A stretch of DNA of 32,000 nucleotides from positions 2,340,001 to 2,372,000 of the forward strand of contig NZ_RSDW01000001.1 in assembly GCF_003945235.1 (NCBI RefSeq), read 5' to 3'. Source of the DNA: Edaphobacter aggregans (GTDB taxonomy: Bacteria; Acidobacteriota; Terriglobia; Terriglobales; Acidobacteriaceae). The stretch's first letter is position 1. The number at the start of each line of letters is the position of its first letter. The notes below the pieces were generated by a model, which saw only the letters and a program-made list of their open reading frames with translations, did not search any database and was not told where the DNA came from. Positions 17,301 through 24,885 of the stretch are shown here, in pieces. A program made the translations under genes and the position numbers.

Positions 17301-20300
17301 ATTCAGCGTTTGTACGGCTTTACCGGCAATGTTGCGTTGTCAGTGTCCGGGCTGCCTGGCGGGGTGACGGCATCGTTCAATCCCAACCCGATGGCTAGCG
17401 CAAACTTCAGCTCTTATATGTCACTGCAGGCGAGTGCTGCCACTGTGCCTGGGCAATATACGGTGACGCTAACAGGTACCTCGGGCAGCCAAACAGTCAC
17501 GACTTCGTTGACCCTGGTCATCGCGTCGCCAGGCTTTTCGTTGTCTACCAGCGGCCTGACCGTCGGGCAAGGATTGAGCGCGGGAACGTACGTCTACGTC
17601 AATCAACTCTACGGATTCAATAACGCCGTGAACCTCTCTGTTTCCGGATTGCCAAGTGGTGTAACGGCATCGTTCAACACGAATCCGACGACCTCATACT
17701 CCAACCTGCTCACATTCAACGTAGGCGCCACGGTACCCACCGGGCAATATCCAATAACCGTTACTGGCACTTCAGGCTCAATGGTGCAGACGACCACACT
17801 GACACTCACCGTAGGGGTACCGTCGTTCACACTTTCGACCTATGGAATAACGGTTGGACAGGGGCAGACTTCATCTGCCTGGGTCTATATGAACGGGGTG
17901 AACGGCTTCAACAGTGCCGTGAACCTGTCTGTCTCCGGGCTACCAAGTGGCGTAACTGCATCGTTCAACACGAATCCAACGACCTCGTACTCCAACATGC
18001 TCACGTTCAACGTCGGCGCCACGGTTCCTACGGGACAGTATCCAATCACCATCACTGGCACTTCAGGCTCTAACACCCAGACCACCACGCTAACCCTGAC
18101 CGTAGGGGTGCCTTCGTTCACGATCTACGCAGCCACTTACCCGACGATCGGCCAGGGATCGACCGGCTCAGGCTACGTCTATGCTCAAGCGCTGAATGGC
18201 TTCAGCGGTAGTGTCAACTTTTCGATTTCGGGCCTACCGAGCGGTGTGACGGCTACCTTTTCCCCTAACCCTACGACATATAGCAGCTCTATCTTATTTA
18301 CGGTTGCGAGCACGGCCGCAATCGGATCGAGCACCCTCACCATTACTGGCACCTCCGGCTCCGAGACGGAAACCACCACGATGACGCTGACGGTAGCTGC
18401 ACCCACTTTTTCGATCTATGGGCCTTACAGTGTGAGCCTTAACCAGGGAGGCAGTGCGACCTCCTACGCAACAGTGAACCCGCAGTACGGCTTCACAGGC
18501 AACGTAACCCTAAGCACCTCAGGCTTGCCCAGCGGAGTGACCGCCACGTTCTCGCCGAATCCGACGAGCGGCTCGAGCACGATGACACTTTCTGCATCGA
18601 GCACAGCCACACCGGGAACAGCGACGTTCACCATTGCCGGTACTTCGGGCAGCACCGCGACTGCTGTACAGGCTCAGGTGACGGTGAACGCGAGCAATTT
18701 CTCGCTCTCGGCGGCGCCGGGTAAGGTGTTTGCAATGCCTGGAGCTTCGGGCAAATCGACGATCAGTATCGTACCGATCAACGGCTTTGCGAACAGCGTG
18801 AATCTTTCGGTGAGCGGTTTGCCCGCCGGTGTCACAGCGACGTTTTCGCCCGCAACAGCAACGACAAGCAGCACGCTTACCCTAATGGCTAGCAGCACGG
18901 CGGCTGCCGGAAGCTCGCCCCTAACCATTACTGGAAACTCTGAAACAGAAACCGCTTCGACGCCATTGCTGCTGAATATCGAAAACACTAACGCAACGGT
19001 TACTTCAACAACGCTGGCTCTCACTGCCGGAAATACTGTGATCTCAACTGTGGCGCAAGGTGCATCTGTGACCGCAACATCCAGCGTGAGCGCAGGCTCG
19101 AATCCGGTGACAGCAGGCCAGGTATATCTCTGCGATGCAAGTGCGACATACTGCGATTTTGCGCACAAGATCGCGATGACGCAGTTGAACAACAGCGGCA
19201 ATGCCGTCTTCCGATTCGTGCCGGGTATCGGGCAGCACACCTATAAGGCTGTATTCGCTGGAACTACTGCAAACCTTACAAGTACCTCTACGTCGGTTCC
19301 GCTGGCGGTAACAGGATCACTTCCGACAACCACGACCCTCGCGCAAAGCGGGACGACTGGCAACTATACGCTGACCGCTACGGTTACAGGACAGGGAGCA
19401 GTCGCTCCGTCCGGCAATATTTCGTTCATCGATACCACCTCCAACAGCGCCGTGGCAAACGCTGCTGCGACCGTCAACGGCGCAACCATTACGGAGAGCA
19501 TTGCGCAGACCATTCCAACCAGCTCTTATCCGGCCCAAATTGTTTCCGACGATTTCAATGGAGATGGTATTCCAGACCTCGCGGTGACAACCGTAGGCTC
19601 ATCTACTGTGTCCATTTCGCTCGGTAACAGTAGTGGCAGGTTCTCAGCGATCACGACTCTTCAGCTTGGTGCGCCATCCGGTTCAATCGCATTAGGTGAT
19701 TTCAATCGAGACGGAAATGTCGACCTGGCTGTAGTCATTCCCTCGAGTGAGACGATCGCTATCTTCTTCGGCAATGGCGATGGTACGTTCACGGCTTCGA
19801 CGGCAACCGTGTATACCCCACCTCAACCTGGCGGTATCGTCGTAGCTGATCTCAACGGCGATGGCTTGCAGGATTTAGCCGTGCTCAGCACAAATAGCTC
19901 CAGTGTCACGGTCCTGCTAGGTCACGGGGACGGCAGCTTTACGCCGGCAACTTTAAGTCCTTCTACAGGTGCTTCTCCCTTTTCCGTCGTGGCGGGAGAT
20001 TTTAACGGCGATAGCGTGGCAGATCTTGCCATTACCAACTATTCCTACAGCGGATCCACGGGAACAGTGACGATTCTACTCGGCAATGGGGATGGCAGCT
20101 TCACCGCAGCCCCGACTCTTTCAACCACAACTTTGCCATACTCGATCGTTCTGGGTGACTTCAACAATGATGGAAGACAAGATTTAGCAGTTGGGGCAAA
20201 CGGTGGGACCGCCGTAAACGTGTTCCTCGGCAATGGCGATGGAACGTTCACGGCCGCACCCAACGCGCTGACGACCAGTTATGCAATGTCACTCGCTGTT

Positions 20301-22217
20301 GCAGATGTGAACGGCGACGGCAAGCTGGATCTGATCGTTGCGGACGCTAACACCTATAAGCTCACCACATTGCTCGGCAATGGAGACGGCACCTTCACGA
20401 CAGGCGCGACTATGACAGCTTCTGCACAACCTGAATCCGTCATAGTAGGTGATTGGAATGGCGACGGGGTGCCCGATCTCGCTTTCGCGAACTACTACGG
20501 CAGTTCGGTCACGACTGTCACGACGCAACGCACCCAAAAGGTCACGGCAGCGGTGAATGGTATTGCGTCGAGCGGCCCTGGACAGCAGTCGATTGCAGCA
20601 ACATATCCAGGTGACAACAGCTATACGGGCAGCACATCGAGTGCCGTGACACTGACGGGCGACAAAGTTACTCCCAACGTAACATTGACGCTTTCACCTT
20701 CCACGATCTCCTCGACGACGCCGGTTACGGTCTCGGTGCAGGTAACAGACCCGCTGAACGGCGGTTTGCCTTCCGGCACGATCACGTTGACAAGCGGCAG
20801 CTATGCTTCGGCTCCCGTGGCTCTCTCTTCAGGCCGTGGCACTATCACCATTCCTTCCGGCAAGCTGGCCGAGGGGACCGACATGCTCACGATCCATTAC
20901 ACGCCAGATACAGCCAGCGCATCGCTGTACACCGTAGCGACAGGCACGATCAGCGTATCCGTAAACCAGACCACACCGGCAATCACGTGGTTGATGCCAG
21001 TTCCGATCACCTATGGCATAGCACTAAGCGGTATGCAATTGAATGCGGCGGCATCGACGAGCGGAACGTTCAGCTACACTCCTGCGACAGGTACGGTACT
21101 GTCGGCGGGACAGCACCAGCTTTCGGTGACATTTACACCAACGGATACGACGAACTATCGAAGCGTCACCAGCACTGTGTCGCTGAATGTAAATCAGGCA
21201 CCGCTGAGTATCAGTGCGAACAATGTATCGCGCATATACGGTGCGGCGAACCCGCCGCTCTCGGGCACACTGAGCGGCGCGGTGAACGGAGACACCTTCA
21301 CCGAAACATTTTCAACATCCGCCACGGTTTCGAACTCGGCAGGCACATATGCGATTGTGCCGTCCGTGACCGGAGCCAGCCTGGCAGATTATTCTGTGGC
21401 AACCACCAACGGTACATTGACGATCTCACCGGCACCCACAACGACGACATTCAACCTCTCGAATCAGAACCTTGTTCTCACCGCAGCGGTCGCCTCGACA
21501 AGCAATGGCACTCCGACCGGATCGGTGATGTTTTATGCGGGACAAACACAGCTGGGTTCCGCGACGCTGAGCGGCGGCATTGCGACCTTCACGTTGACGT
21601 CATTTCCGAGTGGCGACGTTTCGCTCAGCGCACAATACTCTGGTGACGGCAACTTCGCGGCGTCAACTTCGGCATCCACACCGGTGCTTACGTTTAGGGC
21701 CGTCAATACCTCGCTGATAGTTGCTGCTTCAAGCTCAGTGACGGATAACTTCAGCATCACGGTGCCTTCAGGCTATACGGGAACCCTACAGTTCTCCTGC
21801 ACAGGACTGCCGCAGAATACGAATTGCAGCTTCCAACCAGCCTCGCTGTCGTTCTCCAGCACCACCAATACCGCGAGCACCATGTTGACGCTCACGACTG
21901 GCGGTCAGGCGCGCATAAATTCGATCCCCTTAACGAATACGGACGCATATGCCGTGCGATGGGCCGCGTTGTTCGCGCTGCCCGGACTGCTTCCGTTGCT
22001 GGTCAAACGGCGGCGGTTGAGTGCGCGGCTTCGCAATCTATCGCTAATGCTGCTACTCTCGAGCGCGGGTCTGTGGTTTACGGGTTGTGCAGGTGGCGGA
22101 GGCAGCAGCAACTCTTCCAAGCCGGTCACTCCGTCGGGCAATTACACCATCCAGGTAGTTGCGTCCGGTCCATCGGGCGTAAGCCAGTCGGCTGCTATCA
22201 CCGTAACTGTGCAGTGA
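14307..22217 (+). CDS. Giant secreted/surface multidomain protein: pro-kumamolisin activation domain + S53 sedolisin peptidase + 10 Ig-like repeats + Big-like domains + 7 FG-GAP blades + MBG-like domains + split terminal repeat with TM hairpin
   Basis: Activation domain LYDPSSPDYRHFLTVAQFTEQFGP. S53 motifs GGEQVLDIV, SGDAGA, GTSFAAP (Ser codon 15771-15773), DIVSGNN..GYDLTTGWGS. The only in-frame starts before the signal-like FHLAALALTFCACSPAMRA are GTG 14307 and ATG 14436. Only 14307 keeps the signal peptide, so it is chosen, but the start remains uncertain. Confidence 0.8.
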   Translation: MGVVRRVVCLLFDLFSCRFSPRVSSSPFHLAALALTFCACSPAMRAQQAQMQVMRHHVRPEVTDHRASFVGRLPDDKQMHLSVVLPLRNQAALTSLLQRLYDPSSPDYRHFLTVAQFTEQFGPTEQDYSAVAAYLQSQGLTVKPAPANRLVVPVSGSMAQVNSAFNVQMNTYQHPTENRTFFSPDREPSLPLNLQVRHVTGLDNFSLPHRFTQRPNTSQQAAAVNGSGPVNSYLGSDMRAAYYGGTTLDGTGQAIGLLEFGGYDMTDVTLTFSNAGQTTNVPINNILLDGATGGPEGSYGGEQVLDIVQAIGMAPGLSQVRVYIGVGEDDAIILNSMASENIAKQLSCSWGWLPVDPTTDDVFFQEMAAQGQSFFAASGDAGAYDQSINPFFYPAEDQYVTAVGGTHLTTSGPGGTWVSETVWDSEGDGSGGGISPDGITLPSYQSGLANSANGGSNTLRNVPDVAMEGDFDNYACQAHRCTGDWAGTSFAAPRWAGFMALVNQQAVEAGTAPSGGLGFLNPALYQLAQGANASNDLHDIVSGNNRTQNQPVWFSAIAGYDLTTGWGSANGQSLINDLAGAQVPGFWLSSSQSEVDVNPGGTGTTTIKITDAGGFTDAVNLAVTSTLPSGVTASFATNPSTASNVLTFSVDNLVAQQNIPITVTGTAQSLTQTATLLLSIHTPAFALVPSSNGLTLNPGQTVSTTITVLPEYGFTGSVNLAIVGLPSGVTASFSPTSTTGTNTLTLTASTSAAANTNTLTITGTSGSLSATTKLGLSVTGPKFLLLAGSPVSVGQGSTVSTYIDVLQENGFSGGVNLTATNLPSGVTATFSTNPTTSTSSVSFTASNTASVGQSTVTITGTSGSLSATASITLNVMAPSFTLNTAGTVIFGQGSSTSTYVYVSGQYGFNGNVAMSVSGLPSGVTAIWGPNPTNYSTELYLYASNSSTPGQYPLTITGTSGSLTETTPLTLTIAAPTFTIPSLGTLTMGTGSTNYAYVNIQRLYGFTGNVALSVSGLPGGVTASFNPNPMASANFSSYMSLQASAATVPGQYTVTLTGTSGSQTVTTSLTLVIASPGFSLSTSGLTVGQGLSAGTYVYVNQLYGFNNAVNLSVSGLPSGVTASFNTNPTTSYSNLLTFNVGATVPTGQYPITVTGTSGSMVQTTTLTLTVGVPSFTLSTYGITVGQGQTSSAWVYMNGVNGFNSAVNLSVSGLPSGVTASFNTNPTTSYSNMLTFNVGATVPTGQYPITITGTSGSNTQTTTLTLTVGVPSFTIYAATYPTIGQGSTGSGYVYAQALNGFSGSVNFSISGLPSGVTATFSPNPTTYSSSILFTVASTAAIGSSTLTITGTSGSETETTTMTLTVAAPTFSIYGPYSVSLNQGGSATSYATVNPQYGFTGNVTLSTSGLPSGVTATFSPNPTSGSSTMTLSASSTATPGTATFTIAGTSGSTATAVQAQVTVNASNFSLSAAPGKVFAMPGASGKSTISIVPINGFANSVNLSVSGLPAGVTATFSPATATTSSTLTLMASSTAAAGSSPLTITGNSETETASTPLLLNIENTNATVTSTTLALTAGNTVISTVAQGASVTATSSVSAGSNPVTAGQVYLCDASATYCDFAHKIAMTQLNNSGNAVFRFVPGIGQHTYKAVFAGTTANLTSTSTSVPLAVTGSLPTTTTLAQSGTTGNYTLTATVTGQGAVAPSGNISFIDTTSNSAVANAAATVNGATITESIAQTIPTSSYPAQIVSDDFNGDGIPDLAVTTVGSSTVSISLGNSSGRFSAITTLQLGAPSGSIALGDFNRDGNVDLAVVIPSSETIAIFFGNGDGTFTASTATVYTPPQPGGIVVADLNGDGLQDLAVLSTNSSSVTVLLGHGDGSFTPATLSPSTGASPFSVVAGDFNGDSVADLAITNYSYSGSTGTVTILLGNGDGSFTAAPTLSTTTLPYSIVLGDFNNDGRQDLAVGANGGTAVNVFLGNGDGTFTAAPNALTTSYAMSLAVADVNGDGKLDLIVADANTYKLTTLLGNGDGTFTTGATMTASAQPESVIVGDWNGDGVPDLAFANYYGSSVTTVTTQRTQKVTAAVNGIASSGPGQQSIAATYPGDNSYTGSTSSAVTLTGDKVTPNVTLTLSPSTISSTTPVTVSVQVTDPLNGGLPSGTITLTSGSYASAPVALSSGRGTITIPSGKLAEGTDMLTIHYTPDTASASLYTVATGTISVSVNQTTPAITWLMPVPITYGIALSGMQLNAAASTSGTFSYTPATGTVLSAGQHQLSVTFTPTDTTNYRSVTSTVSLNVNQAPLSISANNVSRIYGAANPPLSGTLSGAVNGDTFTETFSTSATVSNSAGTYAIVPSVTGASLADYSVATTNGTLTISPAPTTTTFNLSNQNLVLTAAVASTSNGTPTGSVMFYAGQTQLGSATLSGGIATFTLTSFPSGDVSLSAQYSGDGNFAASTSASTPVLTFRAVNTSLIVAASSSVTDNFSITVPSGYTGTLQFSCTGLPQNTNCSFQPASLSFSSTTNTASTMLTLTTGGQARINSIPLTNTDAYAVRWAALFALPGLLPLLVKRRRLSARLRNLSLMLLLSSAGLWFTGCAGGGGSSNSSKPVTPSGNYTIQVVASGPSGVSQSAAITVTVQ
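16054..18989 (+). repeat. Ten in-frame tandem repeats (~291-297 nt, ~97-99 aa) of an Ig-like domain with core ..GF.G.VNLSVSGLPSGVTA.F.PNP...TLT.TGTSGS...T.LTLTV
   Basis: The GLPSGVTA cores recur near 16474, 16766, 17059, 17349, 17646, 17937, 18231, 18522 and 18816, with a first degenerate copy near 16190. Repeats 6 and 7 are nearly identical in protein sequence. Confidence 0.85.
19536..20525 (+). repeat. Seven FG-GAP/VCBS-type repeats (predicted 7-bladed beta-propeller) inside the giant gene
   Basis: Seven copies of D.NGDG..DLAV ... (L/F)LGNGDG(T/S)FT read from the translation. Confidence 0.8.
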
Positions 22218-22263
22218 CTTGGAAAACTCGTCTGCCAGGGTCGACCAATACTCTCTCTTCGGT

Positions 22264-23229
22264 TTAAAGATAGCTCACGCTCGTGAGGTCTTCGCATATC
22301 TGCCACAGTCTGTTGGCATCGGACTCATTACGGGCCTGTACGGCGACCTCGGAAGGGCGCACTTCGTCACCGCGCATCTCTTTGAAGCCTTGTGGACCAT
22401 AGTAGCCTCCGCTGGTGGCTTCCGAAGCGGTGGCTGCGTAGAGAGTGGGCAGAGCGCCCTCGGCGTCGGTGTTGAGGACGATGCCGATGGCATGGCCGAA
22501 GATGGAGCGGACAGCCTTCTCGATGGAGGAGTGGTGGTCTCCGCCTTTGAAGAGGTTTGTGTGAGCTACTCCTGGATGCGCGGCGATGCTCATGATGCGT
22601 GAGGATGCGCGGCGAAGACGGCGATCCAGCTCGAAGGCGAACATGAGGTCGGCTAGCTTGGACTGAGCGTAGCTCTTCATCGGCGAGTAGTTCTTCGTCG
22701 ATTGCAGGTCATTGAACTTCAGCTCGCCTCGCTTGTGCGCTATGGACGCAATGGTGACGATGCGTGGAGGCTCGGAGGATTCCTTCGCGGCCATTTCGAG
22801 CGCGGGCATCAACAAGCCGGTGAGAGCGAAGTGGGCGAGAACGTTGGTGCCGAACTGCAGCTCGAAGCCGTCGACAGTTTCGAGGCGTTGCGGCGGGGCC
22901 ATGACGCCAGCGTTGTTGATGAGGATGTGTAACGGACGGTGCCGAGCAAGCTCGCGAGCCGCGAATTCGCGCACGTCTTTGAGGCTCGCGAGGTCGAGCA
23001 GGACCAGCTCCGTATGGGCGCTGGGAGCTTCGGTCTGCAACCGATCGAGAGCCTCTTCGCCCCTCTGGCGGTTGCGGCAGGCGAGCATAATACTGGCTCC
23101 CTTCCGCGCCAACTTGAGGGCGGCGTGGTAGCCGATGCCGCTGTTGGCTCCGGTGATCAGGACGCGCTTACCGGCCTGCGAGGGCATCTCGGCTGCTGTC
23201 CAGGTCTTGCTTGTGACTGATTCGCTCAT
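22264..23229 (-). CDS. Short-chain dehydrogenase/reductase (classical SDR, retinol-dehydrogenase-like)
   Basis: Cofactor motif VLITGANSGIGYH, NNAG, and the catalytic Y..SK (YAQSKLA). ATG 23229 (MSESV..) is preferred over the longer track ORF start at 23328. Confidence 0.8.
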   Translation of the reverse strand: MSESVTSKTWTAAEMPSQAGKRVLITGANSGIGYHAALKLARKGASIMLACRNRQRGEEALDRLQTEAPSAHTELVLLDLASLKDVREFAARELARHRPLHILINNAGVMAPPQRLETVDGFELQFGTNVLAHFALTGLLMPALEMAAKESSEPPRIVTIASIAHKRGELKFNDLQSTKNYSPMKSYAQSKLADLMFAFELDRRLRRASSRIMSIAAHPGVAHTNLFKGGDHHSSIEKAVRSIFGHAIGIVLNTDAEGALPTLYAATASEATSGGYYGPQGFKEMRGDEVRPSEVAVQARNESDANRLWQICEDLTSVSYL

Positions 23230-23342
23230 GTGGTTTGGATGCTCGGCGCGGGTTGAGGATTGCAATTGTCTGTGTTTGACAAGATCTCTGTCTACTGCGA
23301 TGCGAGAGCTCGGCGCTCTGTGTGCCATAATCAGCCCAACAA

Positions 23343-24182
23343 ATGACGCTGCTGCCCTTTACCGCCTTGGTCTTCGCCGGCTCGTTTGCTGCCGGTCTGC
23401 TGGGAGCACTTACCGGTCTGGGCGGTGGCGTTGTGCTGGTTCCTTTGCTGACGCTGGTGTTCCATGTCGATCTTCGCTATGCGATTGGGGCCTCTCTGAT
23501 CTCCGTGATTGCTACTTCTTCGGGAGCTGCTGCTGCGTATGTTCGCGAAGGCATCTCCAATGTGCGGATCGGGATGTTCCTCGAGGTGGCGACGACGATT
23601 GGGGCCGTTTTCGGCGCATTGATTGCAACTCATGTTCCGACGCGCGGGTTGGCCATCATCTTTGGTTTTGTCCTGATCTACTCGGCATGGCTTTCGTGGA
23701 ACGAGCAACATGCGGATGCTGCGGAAAGGCCAGTGAATCCGTGGTCAGATCGGTTGCGGCTTTCGGGATCCTATCCGGATCGCACGGGAGTCGAGCAGCA
23801 TTACACGGTCGATCACATCCCGGGCGGCTTTGTGACGATGTTTGGCGCTGGAACGCTCTCTGGATTACTTGGGATCGGGTCAGGTGCGGTGAAGGTCTTG
23901 GCGATGGATCGGATCATGCGGATTCCTTTCAAGGTCTCGACCACGACGAGCAACTTCATGATCGGCGTTACGGCCGCAGCCAGCGCAGGGATCTATCTGC
24001 GTCGCGGATATGTCGATCCGGGACTCGCGTTCCCTGTAATGCTCGGCGTGTTAGCCGGCTCATTGCTTGGCGCGAAGTTACTGGTTCGGGCGCGTGTCTC
24101 GGTACTTCGCGTCGTCTTCGTAGTTGTGATTCTGGCGTTGGGCGTCGAAATGATCGTCAACGGGTGGAGGGGGACGCTATGA
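23343..24182 (+). CDS. TauE/SafE (DUF81) family anion exporter membrane protein
   Basis: Duplicated 4-helix halves with GALTGLGGGVV and GLLGIGSGAV motifs. Confidence 0.8.
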   Translation: MTLLPFTALVFAGSFAAGLLGALTGLGGGVVLVPLLTLVFHVDLRYAIGASLISVIATSSGAAAAYVREGISNVRIGMFLEVATTIGAVFGALIATHVPTRGLAIIFGFVLIYSAWLSWNEQHADAAERPVNPWSDRLRLSGSYPDRTGVEQHYTVDHIPGGFVTMFGAGTLSGLLGIGSGAVKVLAMDRIMRIPFKVSTTTSNFMIGVTAAASAGIYLRRGYVDPGLAFPVMLGVLAGSLLGAKLLVRARVSVLRVVFVVVILALGVEMIVNGWRGTL

Positions 24183-24565
24183 GTTCACAGGACAGCAGCT
24201 TTGACGACACTAGGATGGAGATCATCATGGGCCGGCTGCTACAGGTTGGCGTTCTGCTGGCTTCGGTCGTCGTCGCGTTGGGGGGCGCGATTTATCTGAA
24301 GGCCCACCATGGAAACGTGCCCGACTACAGGGTGTTTGCAAATGAGCCCATCGGTCTGCGCGACCCCGGGCATTTTTTCGACCAAGTAGTTCGGGGTGAG
24401 GGAGTTGCGGTGACCGCGCTGGGCGTTCTGCTGCTCATCGCTACACCAGTTGCCAGGGTGGTGTTTGCGGTCGTGAGCTTTGCCCTGGAGCGGGATTGGC
24501 TTTATATGGCAATCAGCGCGATAGTGCTTGTGATTCTGGTATTTGGACTGGTTCATTCTTCGTGA
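24179..24565 (+). CDS. DUF1634-family small membrane protein (usual partner of TauE/DUF81)
   Basis: ATGA overlap with the tauE stop (24179-24182). Helices RLLQVGVLLASVVVALGG, ALGVLLLIATPVARV and YMAISAIVLVILVFGL. The upstream part of track ORF 23135..24565 is an alternative-frame artefact. Confidence 0.7.
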   Translation: MSSQDSSFDDTRMEIIMGRLLQVGVLLASVVVALGGAIYLKAHHGNVPDYRVFANEPIGLRDPGHFFDQVVRGEGVAVTALGVLLLIATPVARVVFAVVSFALERDWLYMAISAIVLVILVFGLVHSS

Positions 24566-24612
24566 ATAGCCCCCACCCCCATACTTAAGTACCTAAAGTC
24601 TTCCATCTACAT

Positions 24613-24746
24613 GGTTTAGGTTTGGACCTTCTTTGTGGACTTATCCAAAGTATTCATTCTGAGAGGAAAGGGCCTTCGCTAGGTCTGAGAACGATCTTCA
24701 GCACCAAACCTAAAACGAAAAGCCCCGGGCTCCCGGGGCTTGTTTT
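24613..24746. ncRNA. Candidate structured small RNA ending in the terminator hairpin (speculative)
   Basis: An 11-bp long-range helix (24615-24625 with 24704-24714) encloses an internal hairpin (24631-24650). It is followed directly by the GC-rich terminator stem. The 320-bp spacer is lower in GC and has no convincing ORF. Confidence 0.2.
24722..24746. terminator. Bidirectional rho-independent terminator (GCCCCGGG-CT-CCCGGGGC flanked by A-run and T-run)
   Basis: Perfect 8-bp GC stem at 24722-24739, with TTGTTTT downstream on the plus strand and TTTTCGTTTT downstream on the minus strand. It lies between the convergent DUF1634 and plsX genes. Confidence 0.65.
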
Positions 24747-24885
24747 ACTCTCTCTATCCAGTATAGCGGGTTGGAGGAAATTATTCGGCCATGCCAATCT
24801 CCTTGAATGACACGGGGATTCGCTGTTCGGGGGCTTGACAGGTTCAACCAGATCTCTCGAGCAAAGAACGACCCCATGCGACAGA

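Noticed and set aside
16054-18989. Regular ~290-nt periodicity that might be taken for a repeat array or CRISPR
   Set aside because: The period is far too long, the copies are diverged and in frame within one ORF, and there is no short identical repeat with unique spacers. These are protein domain repeats.
21960-22040. Hydrophobic helix plus KRRR cluster resembling a PEP-CTERM or LPXTG-type sorting signal
   Set aside because: No PEP or LPXTG motif precedes it, and it is not at the extreme C-terminus, since ~65 more residues follow. It is treated instead as part of the novel split-domain module.
23135-24178. Front part of the 476-aa track ORF 23135..24565
   Set aside because: It overlaps the SDR 5' end and the whole TauE gene in another frame and is Cys/Arg-rich. 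Only the last 128 codons (DUF1634, from ATG 24179) look real.
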